Part shown: positions 27,572 through 39,232 of the stretch, one piece after another
How the letters are laid out: each line of letters opens with the position of its first letter
Position numbering within the stretch: position 1 is the first letter of the stretch
From: Paramecium tetraurelia
Lineage: Eukaryota
Direction: 5' to 3'
Length of the DNA stretch: 64,000 bases
Assembly: GCA_000165425.1 (NCBI GenBank)
Contig: CT868396.1
Coordinates: forward strand, 62,001-126,000
Made by a program: the position numbers and the translations under genes
The notes under the pieces: generated by a model
Seen by the model: only the letters and a program-made list of their open reading frames with translations
Told to the model about the DNA's origin: nothing
Databases searched by the model: none

Positions 27572-29079
27572 ATGCTTCGTTTGGCATTTAAGCAATAAAA
27601 GCGTTAATCTTTCTTGTAAAAAATGAAAATCTGCGAATTGTTGCTAGAGCGCGGTCTCAAATTCTTTGAATTAGGTAAAGGAAAGTGAACAATAATAAAT
27701 TAGAACAATTTGGAAATGCAATAGATTAATTTGAGATTTGCATGTCCGTTTTTGCTGATGCTAGAATTCCAAAGAAATGGGAGGATACGACCTATGAAGA
27801 GTTATCTCAATAAAAACACCCTGAGCAATCTCAAATTGACAGTACTAAGCTTAATTTATAGAATTAAGGACTTCGTCTCAAATTGTTTGAAAAAATGGCA
27901 GAGTGCTATTACAGGCAACACGAGCAAGGTGCATGTACCCGGATGTGTGATTATTGGTTGTAAATGAGTCCCCAAAACATAAATGCTATGATTTTACGTG
28001 CAAAGGTATGTATCAATAATAGAAATAGTCCCGTTTTTTGTCTGACAATATCACCCAAATAGATTGTCAAATGGCATTTAAGGACCTGAAATTTGCACAG
28101 CAACTCGACCCTCACAATGCAGCAGTGGCAAAGTTTTATGAGAAGGTGAAGGCATAATTATTAGCCTATAAAGAGTTGGAATATAAGAACTACACAGATT
28201 TGTAAAGAAAACAGCTGGAGTTGATCCATCAGTACAGGAAGCAAGAAGACGATGAGGATGCTCAATAGGATTTCATGGCTCATTTGGCTTATCAGGATTA
28301 CGATCAGGAATTGAGTTACGAATTGGATAACAAGAAGCCTATTCCAATAGAAGTATCAGAGTTAGGAAGATTCATAGAGACGAGAGGGATGGAGATGGTG
28401 AAGATATATCAGTAGAATGGATAATTGAAGGAGGCTGAGGACTTAAGGGAGAAGTTAAAGAAAGCAATAGCAGCGAAGAAGTAATTGGAAAAGATATCCT
28501 AATTGGATTTCAACAGGCCTAAGAAAGTAAGAGTTTAATAGTGAGCAGTAGAAATTGTATGAGTTTGCTTAGAAGTACGGCATAAACTTATTGGACCCGC
28601 AAGTGCAGAATGAGTTTAAGAGAATTCAGGAGTAGAATTTGGAGGACATTAGATAATGGTTGAAGCAAAATTAATGGAGTTATACTGATAAGGCAACTTA
28701 GATGCAAGAATAGGAATTGGCGAGACAAGAATTGGCCAAATTGTAATTCAAGAGGAAGACCATCCCTTAGAAGGTAAGACTTAAGGATTTATGATAGCAC
28801 AACAAGAATAAGTTCAATAAGAAGGTATAGCCGTTGATTAGCACACCAACTAGTGGTTCGATGCCAGTGACTATTAATAATAACATCACTTACAATCAGA
28901 CTTTTAATTAGTGCAATAATGTCATTAATAATTCAAGTATGATAGGATCATTATTGTTTGTAGCGAATGAATAAAGTGATGAACAATTAGCAGATTGCAA
29001 TTGCTTTATTAATTTAACCATACTACTCTTAGCCGTATTTGCCATATTGGCAGCCATTTATTATTCATTCCTTAAATGA
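27572..29079 (+). CDS. TPR-like repeat protein with C-terminal transmembrane anchor
   Basis: Helical repeats (GLKFFELEQFGNAIDQF; AFKDLKFAQQLDPHNAAV). Ends LTILLLAVFAILAAIYYSFLK*. Several tiny introns. Confidence 0.7.
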
Positions 29080-29148
29080 ATTAAATATATTTAAATAAAT
29101 AATTTGCTTCAACACACAAGTATTCATTTTCAATTAATTATATTTATA

Positions 29149-31742
29149 ATGAGAACTAAAAGTCATAATAAGGCAAAATCTTTACACACAGTCCAGGAGG
29201 TCTCCAATACCAAGACATTCTTTATCAGTAGAATCACCCAAAGATCCTTTATGAAGAGTATCGTTCCCCCGCTGTCTCTTCCTTAAGTTCCTCAGATTTA
29301 GGTTCCAGCTCCTCTTACTGGAAGAGTTGTAGCCAGAAAGGTGATTAAGGCAACTTAATTAAAAACTTAAGAGAGTGTTCCCGAGAGTGAGATAAAACAA
29401 TAGCAGTCAATTTTCAAATTAGTTGCATCTGCTGAATTTAAAAATATCATTACAGAAGAGAAGTCCAAGAAGGAGGATGATAAAAATTTTACTTTGGATG
29501 GTCCTCTGGAGTTCAAAAAAGATTGGAGGAGGAAAATCTTTACAGGTAATCCTAATTTGGAAAACTCTTATAGTTAAGTGGATGACAATCTGAACATCCA
29601 AATGTTTCTGAAAAAGATCAGATAAATTATTACTACTAGTCATATCCAGCACAATGACTTCCATACGAACGAGAATAGTTTTTTGTCAGATAAATTCAAG
29701 ACTCAGATGACTAGTCCTAGGTTTACATTTACTAACCATCTTTCTACAATATAGTTTCAGAATTAGCCAACCTAGTTGTAGAAAGCAGGAACCATAGTAT
29801 CTCAAGTCTTAGAGGCTATAGAAGAGAAAAAAGCTGAAATTCAACCATTACCATAAAATAATCGTCGAAAATTAACTATATCAGTCTGTAGTCCAGAAAA
29901 CCAAGTTGGAGTGTTCTCCTTTAGTATCCCAGATTATGGATAACGATTGCAAGAACAAGAGGAAATCTAAGAATACACAGACAAACCCAAACATGTATTG
30001 AAACAAGCTTTACAATTTGTAAGTAAATGCAAATTAATTGTAGATCACCTCGTAACCTAAGAAAATGACAACCAAGTTTTCAAAATCTATTCTTAAGATT
30101 GTAGGAATAACCGAAGAAGAGAATTAACAAGAAGATGTCCATTAATTTTACAATATATAAAAAGTAATTATTTTATGAAGTAAGACTAGAAGGTTCATGA
30201 AGATGTACTTGCAAAATAAGATGTCTCGCACATTCACTTTATTGGAGGGAGAATATCCTATTGCATTTGCAATTGATACAAGAGAAGAAAGGTTCCATTT
30301 CCTTTTCCAAACCCTATGAAAGTCAACAATCAAGTCGAGTTTATTCCTGGTGCACTAATCATGCCAATAGCAATCATGAATCCTTATCAAATCCGACATT
30401 CTAAATGGAAATCGAACCTAATCGTTTTCTATTAACATAAATCTATTAATGTGATTACTCATTTGATAATTCAGAGCAAGAAAGTCAAAGTTTCATGAGT
30501 GACCATCAGATTTCAGAGATGTTGGAATGTGCCTCCTAAATTAAAATTGCTTATTTAGGCAATCATATACAATTTATCATAAACAGTTTAGATTGTGTGG
30601 ATAGAAATATGATGTTACATGACTCTGATTTCCTTAATGATACTATTATCGGTCATGATTAGATTAAACCGCCACTTGATGGTTAGATAATGAGAAATAT
30701 TAATTCTTTAATGAGGTTTCTTAAAAAAAAAGATTAAAGTCGAGTTGCTAAATTTAGGTTTCTTTAATTTAATGATATTTTGACAGGAGAATTTGAAGAT
30801 AAGCACGAAATTGACAATCTGACTACTGATTATGGTTTAATTGAAGTGGAATCTGAAGACCAACGATAACCAAGACAATCTACTATAAAGATTGACATTG
30901 CTAAAATGTTCATCAAAGCTGCTAAACCAATTCAGAAAAAGAAATCTAATCAAGATTAATCTCCATCTAGTGAGAGATCAAATCAAAAGCATAATTCTAA
31001 AATAATATCCTCTCCTAGACATCAAACTGTCATTCAGCCAAACAAGCCTGTCAAACAATTGCTAGAGGCTACTTCCAGTTAAATAAGTGTGTTAAGAAGG
31101 AGAAGTGATTCTCCCCAAGAAGAAAACAGTATCAAAGAAAATAGCAATACCAACACTACTTAATCTAACAAGATGAAAGCCACTACTCAAACCATTCAAA
31201 ATACCACAGCTCCGATCTCACAAAAAGAGGATCAAATTAAACCCAATACTAAGAAGAGTCAAGAAAGAAGAAATGCTGTTATGATATCTTCCATGAGTAA
31301 ACATTCCTTACAAATGAGAACTCAAATTACTGAGGCTCGTAGAAGGTAATCTATTCCTGTTATGGAAATGGTTAAGTTGTTGATAGAGGAACAAAAGTTA
31401 TCTGAAGTATAAAATTGCTTTTATAATTGCGTAGTTAGAAGAGGTCTTCGTCAACAATCCGAATTTGCCAATCAATTAGAAACTGAAAGATGGAGACACG
31501 TTTTTAATAGTTGCAGCTCATACTGGCAATGTCGACATAGTTGAATTACTTTTACGCAAAGGATCTGCTGTAAATTTATAAAATGTAATTGTTAATGCCT
31601 ATATCTTAAGAATTATGGCGATACAGCTTTGCACAAAGCTATTGCTTACAGTTACTTCAATATTGCTGACATCTTGATTTCTTAGGGAGCACAAAACTTG
31701 AGAAATCACGATGGCTTTACTCCTTGGCAATTTGTGTAATGA
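29149..31742 (+). CDS. Low-complexity protein with C-terminal ankyrin repeats (frame unresolved at ~30160-30290)
   Basis: DGDTFLIVAAHTGNVDIVELLLRKGS, YGDTALHKAIAYSYFNIADILISQGA, DGFTPWQ after removing tiny introns. Confidence 0.75.
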
Positions 31743-31782
31743 TTAATGTTTTATAAATATTTATTTTATTACTAATTTAAAT

Positions 31783-33778
31783 ATGGGTAAATTGAAATAA
31801 AGAATAAAGACTTGAGAAGTAATTGGCCAAAAAAGTAGAAAAGCAGGATGCCTATCAGTAAGTCAAGTTGTAAGAGACTCCAGAAGATGATTTTAATGTT
31901 GCCAATCTGATTCAAACACTTGAAGACCAAGGATAGTAGATAGAAAGTGTTAAAACTCAATATTTAAGAGTGCATGAGAAAGCAGTAAGTCTACTCAATT
32001 AAACTTAGAGGATTGTTTAAGAACCAGAAACTTAAGCTGAAAGAGACTTGCAAGAACGTAAGGTAGCTGCCACTGTCATGAAGTAAGATATCAAAAAATG
32101 GTTACCCATTGTCAAGAAAAATAGAGAGTCTGAGAGGTTAGACTTTACTAAATAGAGGAATGTCTAGATATCTAAGATGTAAATCTTTATGAAAATCTAA
32201 TTAGTTCTGATACATCCAATGCTTTATTAAATAATCATTTAGGTGTCAAACTGCAGAATGCTATGGAGGAAGTCGAGAAGGTTGAATAAAAACAAGAATT
32301 GAATGGATAATCAAATCAACAAAAGAGCAATTTGCAATTCTACAATGATCTAAAAATGAAGAAGATTTCATCAATCAAATCTAAAATCTACAAATAAATT
32401 AAGAAAAAGAAGGGCAATAAAGAGAAGCTGAAATTGATGGCTTAACTAACACCTGCTGAAAGAAGGAAAGAGATTGAAAAATTAAGATTATCAAGGGCAA
32501 AGGAAAGAATTACACTTAGACACTCTACTAAGAATAAGTATGTCTTTTAGCTCCTAAGATTTGGAGGAGACAAGAAATCTCTGAAACAACAATAGTCATT
32601 CCTCAATAATCTTAAACATTAATTATTAGCCAAGGCTCAACTTAATGAATTGGAGGATGGGGAATTTGACGAAGAGAATTTTAGAGAATAAGCAATAACT
32701 CAATTGGAATAAGAATTATTAGATATTGAAAGGAGAGAGAAGGAAAAATAAAATAATTTTGGGTTCTTAGACAAATAAAAGAAATAAGACTTGCAATAAT
32801 CCAAATCAATAGCATAGAAGTTATTAACAATGCTGAAATCTGGGAATGATGATGCCATCTAATTGGACGAGTCAGAGAATCAAGAATAGAATAGTGATGA
32901 TAATTATGAGCCTAATGAAAATGGTGATAAGGATAAAACTAAAGCTAATGTTGAAAATAATGAGTTCAATGGCAGAGCAAATTTTGTAAATGAAACCAAG
33001 TAACTAACTGAAGCTTAGAAGAAGAAGATTGATGCCAAAACTTCTTTGTCTAACTATTTAAATTTAGAACCTGAAAAGCAATAATAACCAAATAAAATAG
33101 AAAAGTAAATGACTGTTTAAGAAGAAAAGAAGTAATTGATAGAAGGATTAAATATCAAAAATATAAAATAGAAGTATGAAAAATAAGTGAATTAAAAATT
33201 AACTAATCAAGATTTAAAGAAATTGCAATCAGATCCAGATGAATTGTTATAATAAAATTTAGCCAATTTTAATTTAGTTCTGGATGAAGATGAAGTATTA
33301 AATTTAATAACTTTAGAATGAAAATGCATTCATAGATGAGAAAATAAAAGATATGGAAGAAGAGTTACCTCCTGAACCAGCAAATACCAAAGGATGGGGA
33401 TCTTGGGCTGGTTTTGGTATCAAAGAGAGAACACCATTGACACAGGAGTAGATTTTATAAAATAAAATAAAGAAAATTAGAGAAGTCTAAAAGAAGAGAC
33501 AAGATGCAAAACTAGATAATGTGATTATTAGCGAGAAAAGAGATAATAAGGTATATATCATTATAAGAATTTTTTAGTTTGCAAAGTATTTAGTTCCAAA
33601 ATTACCCAGCGAATTTGCCAATTCATAGCAATTTGATTAACTACACACTCTGCCTCTGGGTCCTGAATGGAATAGTTTAACCAGTCATTCAGCATTAACC
33701 TAGCCATAAATTGTTACTAAGGCAGGTGTCGTAATCAATCCTGTTAAGATTCCTCAACAAGTAAACAAACTTATTTGA
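31783..33778 (+). CDS. UTP14: U3 snoRNA-associated protein 14 (SSU processome); frame break near 31790-31812
   Basis: KKWLPIVKKNRESERLDF, KISSIKSKIY, RAKERITLRHS, GWGSWAGFG, RQDAKLDNVIISEK, LPLGPEWNS...PQIVTKAGVVINPV. Confidence 0.88.
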
Positions 33779-34313
33779 TGATGTATGCTTGTGTATATTA
33801 ATTATATTTAATATTTAATGATCAAATTTTGAATGACACATTCTTTTTGTAAAGATGATTATTATTCATCATAAAATGTAAAGAAAGGTTTATTTTAATG
33901 AAATAGAATTTTCAATTATTTTCATAAATTTCTTGTTTTAATTAAATGAATTTTACTTAATAGAAGCACATTATGAAGGATTAATCTTTGCTTGTATTAA
34001 GAAAAACCTTCTCACTCAGTCTTTATACTTTAATGATTTTAATATAATATTTTTTATTAGCATTTTGAGAATTTAACAAATGCAATTATTAATTATGTTT
34101 AGAATATTTATAGTTAAGATTTCTTGCTAATATCGATTTAATTTCCTTCCTAATTAATCAAGGAAGGCCTTTAAAAATTAAAATGTTTATAATTGAATCT
34201 AGTATTGCAACATAGGTTCATTTTAATATTTGCAATTGCCAAGTTGGATGGACTATAATAATAACTCATTATAATAAAGGTAGAATAACGAAATGAATTA
34301 ATATTATTATTAA

Positions 34314-35345
34314 ATGGAATTTGCAAGATTAAGAAATTTATTTGGGCAATCAGAAAATGCAATTAAAGGATAAGATTTATCTTTATTAGGTTTGACAGTC
34401 CTAACATGTTATTTCTTATATAGATAAGATTCTTAAAGAAAATCAGAAAGATAAAAGTAGAAACGATTTAGATACCTGTATACTGCAGATGAATGTCAAT
34501 AACTCTAAATTGATTCTAAATAAATTACGGTCTAAGGCCAGATCAATAGTGACGATAAATTCCTACTACTCAAGTCTTCTAATTATATGAAAAAGCGTAA
34601 TAACTATGAACAAAGTTAACAAATTAATAAGTCCTTTATGATTGTCGATGTAAATTTAAATGTAATTTCTATTAGCCTTATACTAAAGCAGGAATTATTT
34701 GTAAAATAAAGAATGGTTGCCTTTTCGAGTAAACGCTCTTCAATTTTCATAAAAAACATACTTATTAGACCTATGTTCCCTCCAATTGCAATTTTATTGT
34801 AAGATTGTATAAAAGAATTGTAAATTACTTTTTTGGGAAGACCATCGTTGAGGATATTGAAGGAGTCGATTTAAATCAATATTTTATATTTAAAGGAGAG
34901 TTAAAGAAAAAAGACTCTGAGCTGATGCTCGAAGTTGATCACGTTGCTTTTAACTCCAAGTTTAATATACAAGAAAGTACAAAAGTAAATAATTTAAGTA
35001 TATTGAAATAGAAATATAAACATTTATGTAATCAAAGAGGTCTTTCTAGCGATAATTGCAGGATTTCTTATTTACAATTCCTATTAAAGAATGAAAAAAT
35101 ACTTCTAGAATCCACTTAGATAGCCAATAAAATTATTTGAAAAGAGAGAGGATGAAGTTGCAGAAGATTCTGATCTTTGCATAGCCTGCATGGAGAGTGT
35201 TAGGAATGTTTTGATCTTGCCTTGTTTTCATTTGATATGCTGTTAAGAATGCCTATAAAAAATAAAGTAAACAAATAATGAATGTCCACTATGTAGAACG
35301 CTAATTAATGATTAAAAATAAGTGTTAATTGATAATTTATATTGA
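34314..35345 (+). CDS. TM-domain-TM-RING (C3HC4) E3 ligase, MUL1/MAPL/SP1-like architecture; +1 frameshift near 34981-35014
   Basis: TM1 LSLLGLTVLTCYFLY, TM2 VFLAIIAGFLIY. RING CIACMESVRNVLILPCFHLICCQECLQKIKQTNNECPLC (35178-35294). Intron 34650-34675. Confidence 0.7.
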
Positions 35346-35350
35346 AAAAA

Positions 35351-36185
35351 ATGAATGATTAATTCATAATTTGTAATAAATGCTTGAAACAGATTTCTCA
35401 GGTAAATGCGATGATGCATTAACTCTATTGTGAAAGGAATACTTAATAATGTGAGACCTGTGGATAGTAATTTGATGTTACTGAGGAAGAGGAGCATATT
35501 CAAAATGTTCACTTGCCTAATACTTGCAAATATTGTCATACATATATAAGTAAATCATTAGTGTGATGTTTAGAGGATTTTAATAATCACACTTGTGCTT
35601 AATAACCGCATAATTGTGAATATTGCTAAAAACAATTCCTGTTCAGTTAGTTGTAGGATCACAAAAACAAATGTGGTCAATAACAATATAAATGTAAGTA
35701 CTGCGAGTAAATGATATTCAATAAAGTGAGGATTGAGCATACGAAAAAGTGCCAAATTGCAATTTTAGGGCATCTTGAATTCATTTGTAAATATTGTGGG
35801 GAGAGTTTAATATGTACAAATTTAGATAATATAATTAGCCAATCAATTATTGAGTGAACATGAATCTATTTGTTAGTTTAAGCCTTTTGAATGTCCGTAT
35901 TGCTACTTATATTTTGATGAGCTAGATAAGGAGGACCATTTGTATTACTGTGGAAGCAGAACTGCTGAGTGTGCCTATTGCAAATCAAAGTTGATTTTAT
36001 CTCAAAAGGTCGAGCATCAACTAGAATGCGTTCGAAGAGGTTTAATGGCAAAGTTCAATTTAAAGAAAAAAGAGAGTGTAAATAAGGTGGAATTGATTAA
36101 ATAATGCGATGAATTCGAAGAGGATTATGAGGCTTACATGCAATAAGTGGAGGATCAAGATTATGAGAACTATTAGGATTAATGA
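35351..36185 (+). CDS. TRAF-type zinc-finger repeat protein (XAF1/TRAFD1-like)
   Basis: CNKCLKQISQVNAMMHQLYCERNTQQCETC...HLYYCGSRTAECAYC, repeated CxxC-x11/12-HxxxC units. Introns 35550-35573 and ~35814-35838. Confidence 0.8.
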
Positions 36186-36230
36186 TAAGTATAATAATGC
36201 GCTTCATAATTTAATCTTTAATATTAATAT

Positions 36231-36664
36231 ATGTTTCGAACAAGTCCATACTACACAAATGTGAGATAGGAGGTTTACGCTGAAATCAATTACCAATTGT
36301 CCCAGGAATTAGATTAGATGTAGTAATAAAAAGATCACATCGGAAGCAACAGTAAGAAGAGTGCATCGAAACAGACTTTCAATAGCATCTGTAGAAATAG
36401 TCATCTTATTTAACTATAGTCTACAAGAGAGCAAATGATTAGGAATCAATTTTAGAAGATCAGATTATCAAGAAATGTTCGAACTGTGAGATCAAAATAG
36501 TTTCCGAGGACATCTACTGTTCTAACTGTACTAAGTTGATGTGCTAGAAATGCACCAATGAGTGCAGTGTCTGTGGGAACAATTGCTGTTTGATTTGTAG
36601 CAAATATGCATATTTATAAAATGGTGATTTTGTAGTGTGCTTGCAATGTACTTAATAATAATGA
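36231..36664 (+). CDS. Small Cys-rich protein with SIVA-like zinc-binding domain
   Basis: After intron 36391-36419: CSNCEIKIVSEDIYCSNCTKLMCQKCTNECSVCGNNCCLICSKYAYLQNGDFVVCLQC, six CxxC pairs. Confidence 0.7.
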
Positions 36665-36680
36665 TGATTATTTAAAATAT

Positions 36681-38804
36681 ATGGAATTTTATGAGATAGT
36701 TAAATCCATTGGATCTGGTTCTTTTGGACAAGTCTACTTGGCTAGAAACAAGAGAGAGGATCGTCTCTATGTGATCAAGAGAATCAAAATCAGAGATATG
36801 ACTCAGAAGGATAGAGAAAATACAGAAAACGAAGTTAGGCTGTTACAAAAACTGAGACATCCCAATATCGTAGCCTATAAGGACTCTTATTTAGATAGGG
36901 AACAGTATCTCAATATAGTTATGATTCATTGTGAAGGCGGAGACATCTATCAAAAGATTAGAAATAAAAAGAGTTTTCCGGAATCTCAAATCCTTGATTG
37001 GTTTGCTTAGATGACATTAGCATTGTGTTATTTACACGAATAGAAAATCTTACATCGAGATCTCAAGACCTAGAACGTATTTCTCAAAAATGGAAGGGTT
37101 CGATTAGGAGATTTTGGAATAGCTAAGGTGCTTGATTCAACAAGAGATTTAGCTAACACTTGCATTGGCACACCCTATTACATGAGTCCAGAACTATTTA
37201 AATATAAGCCATACTCATATAAGAGTGATGTTTGGGCATTGGGGTGTTGTCTCTATGAAATGTGCAATCTAAGACATGCATTTGATGCTTAATCTATGAA
37301 TGGGTTGGCACTCAAGATCTTAAAAGGGTCATATCCATCTATCAGTCAATCTTACTCCAAAGGGTTAAGAGAATTGATTAATAAAATGCTTAACGTAAAT
37401 CCCAAGGCTAGACCAACTATTTAAGAAATCGTTCATAAACCTATAATCAAACTTAGAATTATTTATTACATGTTGGAAGTATTGAGTGGTAATCATTATT
37501 GCTATCCATTAAGAACCTTCATCTGCTGATTTAGATGACATGTATGTTGATACATTATATGAATAAGCCTAATAGATTGGAGTGCTTCCACTCATTCAAC
37601 ATTATTAAAAGTAAATGGCGGAAGGATCCACTATTTCAGATATTAAGAATGAATTAGAAAAGGGAGGTAAGGCAGAATAAAGAATGCTAATTTAGATCCA
37701 GGAATAAGAAGCCTTAAAATTAAAGTAGCTAAGAAAAGAATAATTCGAAAAAAAGAAATTAGAAGAAGAAATCAAAAGACTTGAATAAAAACAATAATCT
37801 AAGAGTCTTACTAAAAATAATGATTCTCATCTTAATTCAAAAGGAGGTACTGAAAACTTTCCTATCAAATCTGAATCTATTCAAAAAACAGAAGTTTAAA
37901 CCAAAACTGACTATTAAAGTATAACTTAAAGAAAGGTTTCTTTGGAAAGAGAGAGAAGACCGAATGATTTAAGATAAAAATAAAAAGAAAGAAGTTTATC
38001 CCTTGAAAAAGATAGATTGCGAGATGATAGTAATTTAAGTGCTAAGGATAAAGTCATCTAAAAAAAATAAAAAAGAGAAGAAGAAAAGATCCTCCAAGGA
38101 GAAAAAGAAAGACAACTAATCTATAGAGAAAGTTTCTAAAATAGAAAACTTGCCTAAGAAAGGAAGCAAGCACAATATCGATAATCAAAGGGGAGTTCAT
38201 TGAAAGCATAAGATGAATACGATCTATCAGATGATAGTGAAGGAGTCAATGCCATCTAAGAGATTGAGAACGAAGATGAATATGAGGAGGATGTAGATGT
38301 TGATCAAAAGTTGGATCTAATCAAAACTAAACTTAAAGAAAAGACAGTTAAGATTTCATAAATTAATCAATCACTCCATTAAAATAGATAGGTCCAGAAT
38401 ATGTAAATTAAAGCACTTGAGAGTATTTTCGTTTTCATTATTTAGCTGGTTAAGCCATACCTTAAGTAGAGGAAGAATTCGATAATGAAGAAGTAGATGA
38501 TGAGGAACATGATAATGAAGATGACTTATTGCAAGAGGATATCAAATCATCTCATTAAATAACCTCGAGAATTTAGGATAGAATTAAATTGTTGAAACAT
38601 AGGTGCGAAGGAGGTCTCGGATCAAATCTAGCAGATAAAGCTTTAGCATTAATAAGAACTAAATGTACTTATTTTGTTAAATTAGAATCTTCTAATTAAG
38701 AGTTAAGGAAGTAACTAATTGTATTATTAGGTGAAGAGAATATTGGATATTGGTAATTATTTGATCAAATACTTTACATGGAAGATTTGATAGCAAAGTA
38801 TTGA
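36681..38804 (+). CDS. NIMA-related (NEK) Ser/Thr kinase with coiled-coil C-terminus
   Basis: [56 protein letters not shown]. Confidence 0.95.
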
Positions 38805-39232
38805 TTTTTTCTTTTTTAACCTTATTTATATTCTCACTAATCTAATATATCAATTAAATTATCTTCTAAAATGTTCTTTTATTATCAAGCATTACATAAT
38901 CTAGTCAAATCTTCTGTCATTAGTTCATGGTGTATAAAATTAATGACTAATATATTTGTGTTTACAGTTTGAGCCAAGTCTGTGAAAGCCAGCAAATCAA
39001 AAACTTTAAATCTTATTTTTGTTCATAATTTAAACTTAATTATTTTTGAATTAGTCAAAAAAAAAAAATGATATTTTTTATTAATTTAACAATATATACA
39101 AATACTTCATAAAAATATGAATAATAACATATATATTTAATAACAAATTAAATTAATAGTTCATTTAAACTTAAAATAACAAATTCCACTTAATAGAATA
39201 TTTTTTATATTAAAAATATTTATATAAATTAA

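Noticed and set aside
31787..31802. 16-nt intron restoring the UTP14 frame
   Set aside because: Shorter than every supported intron here. A single extra A at ~31806 gives an equally natural MGKLKQRIRLEKQ and fits the local indel pattern.
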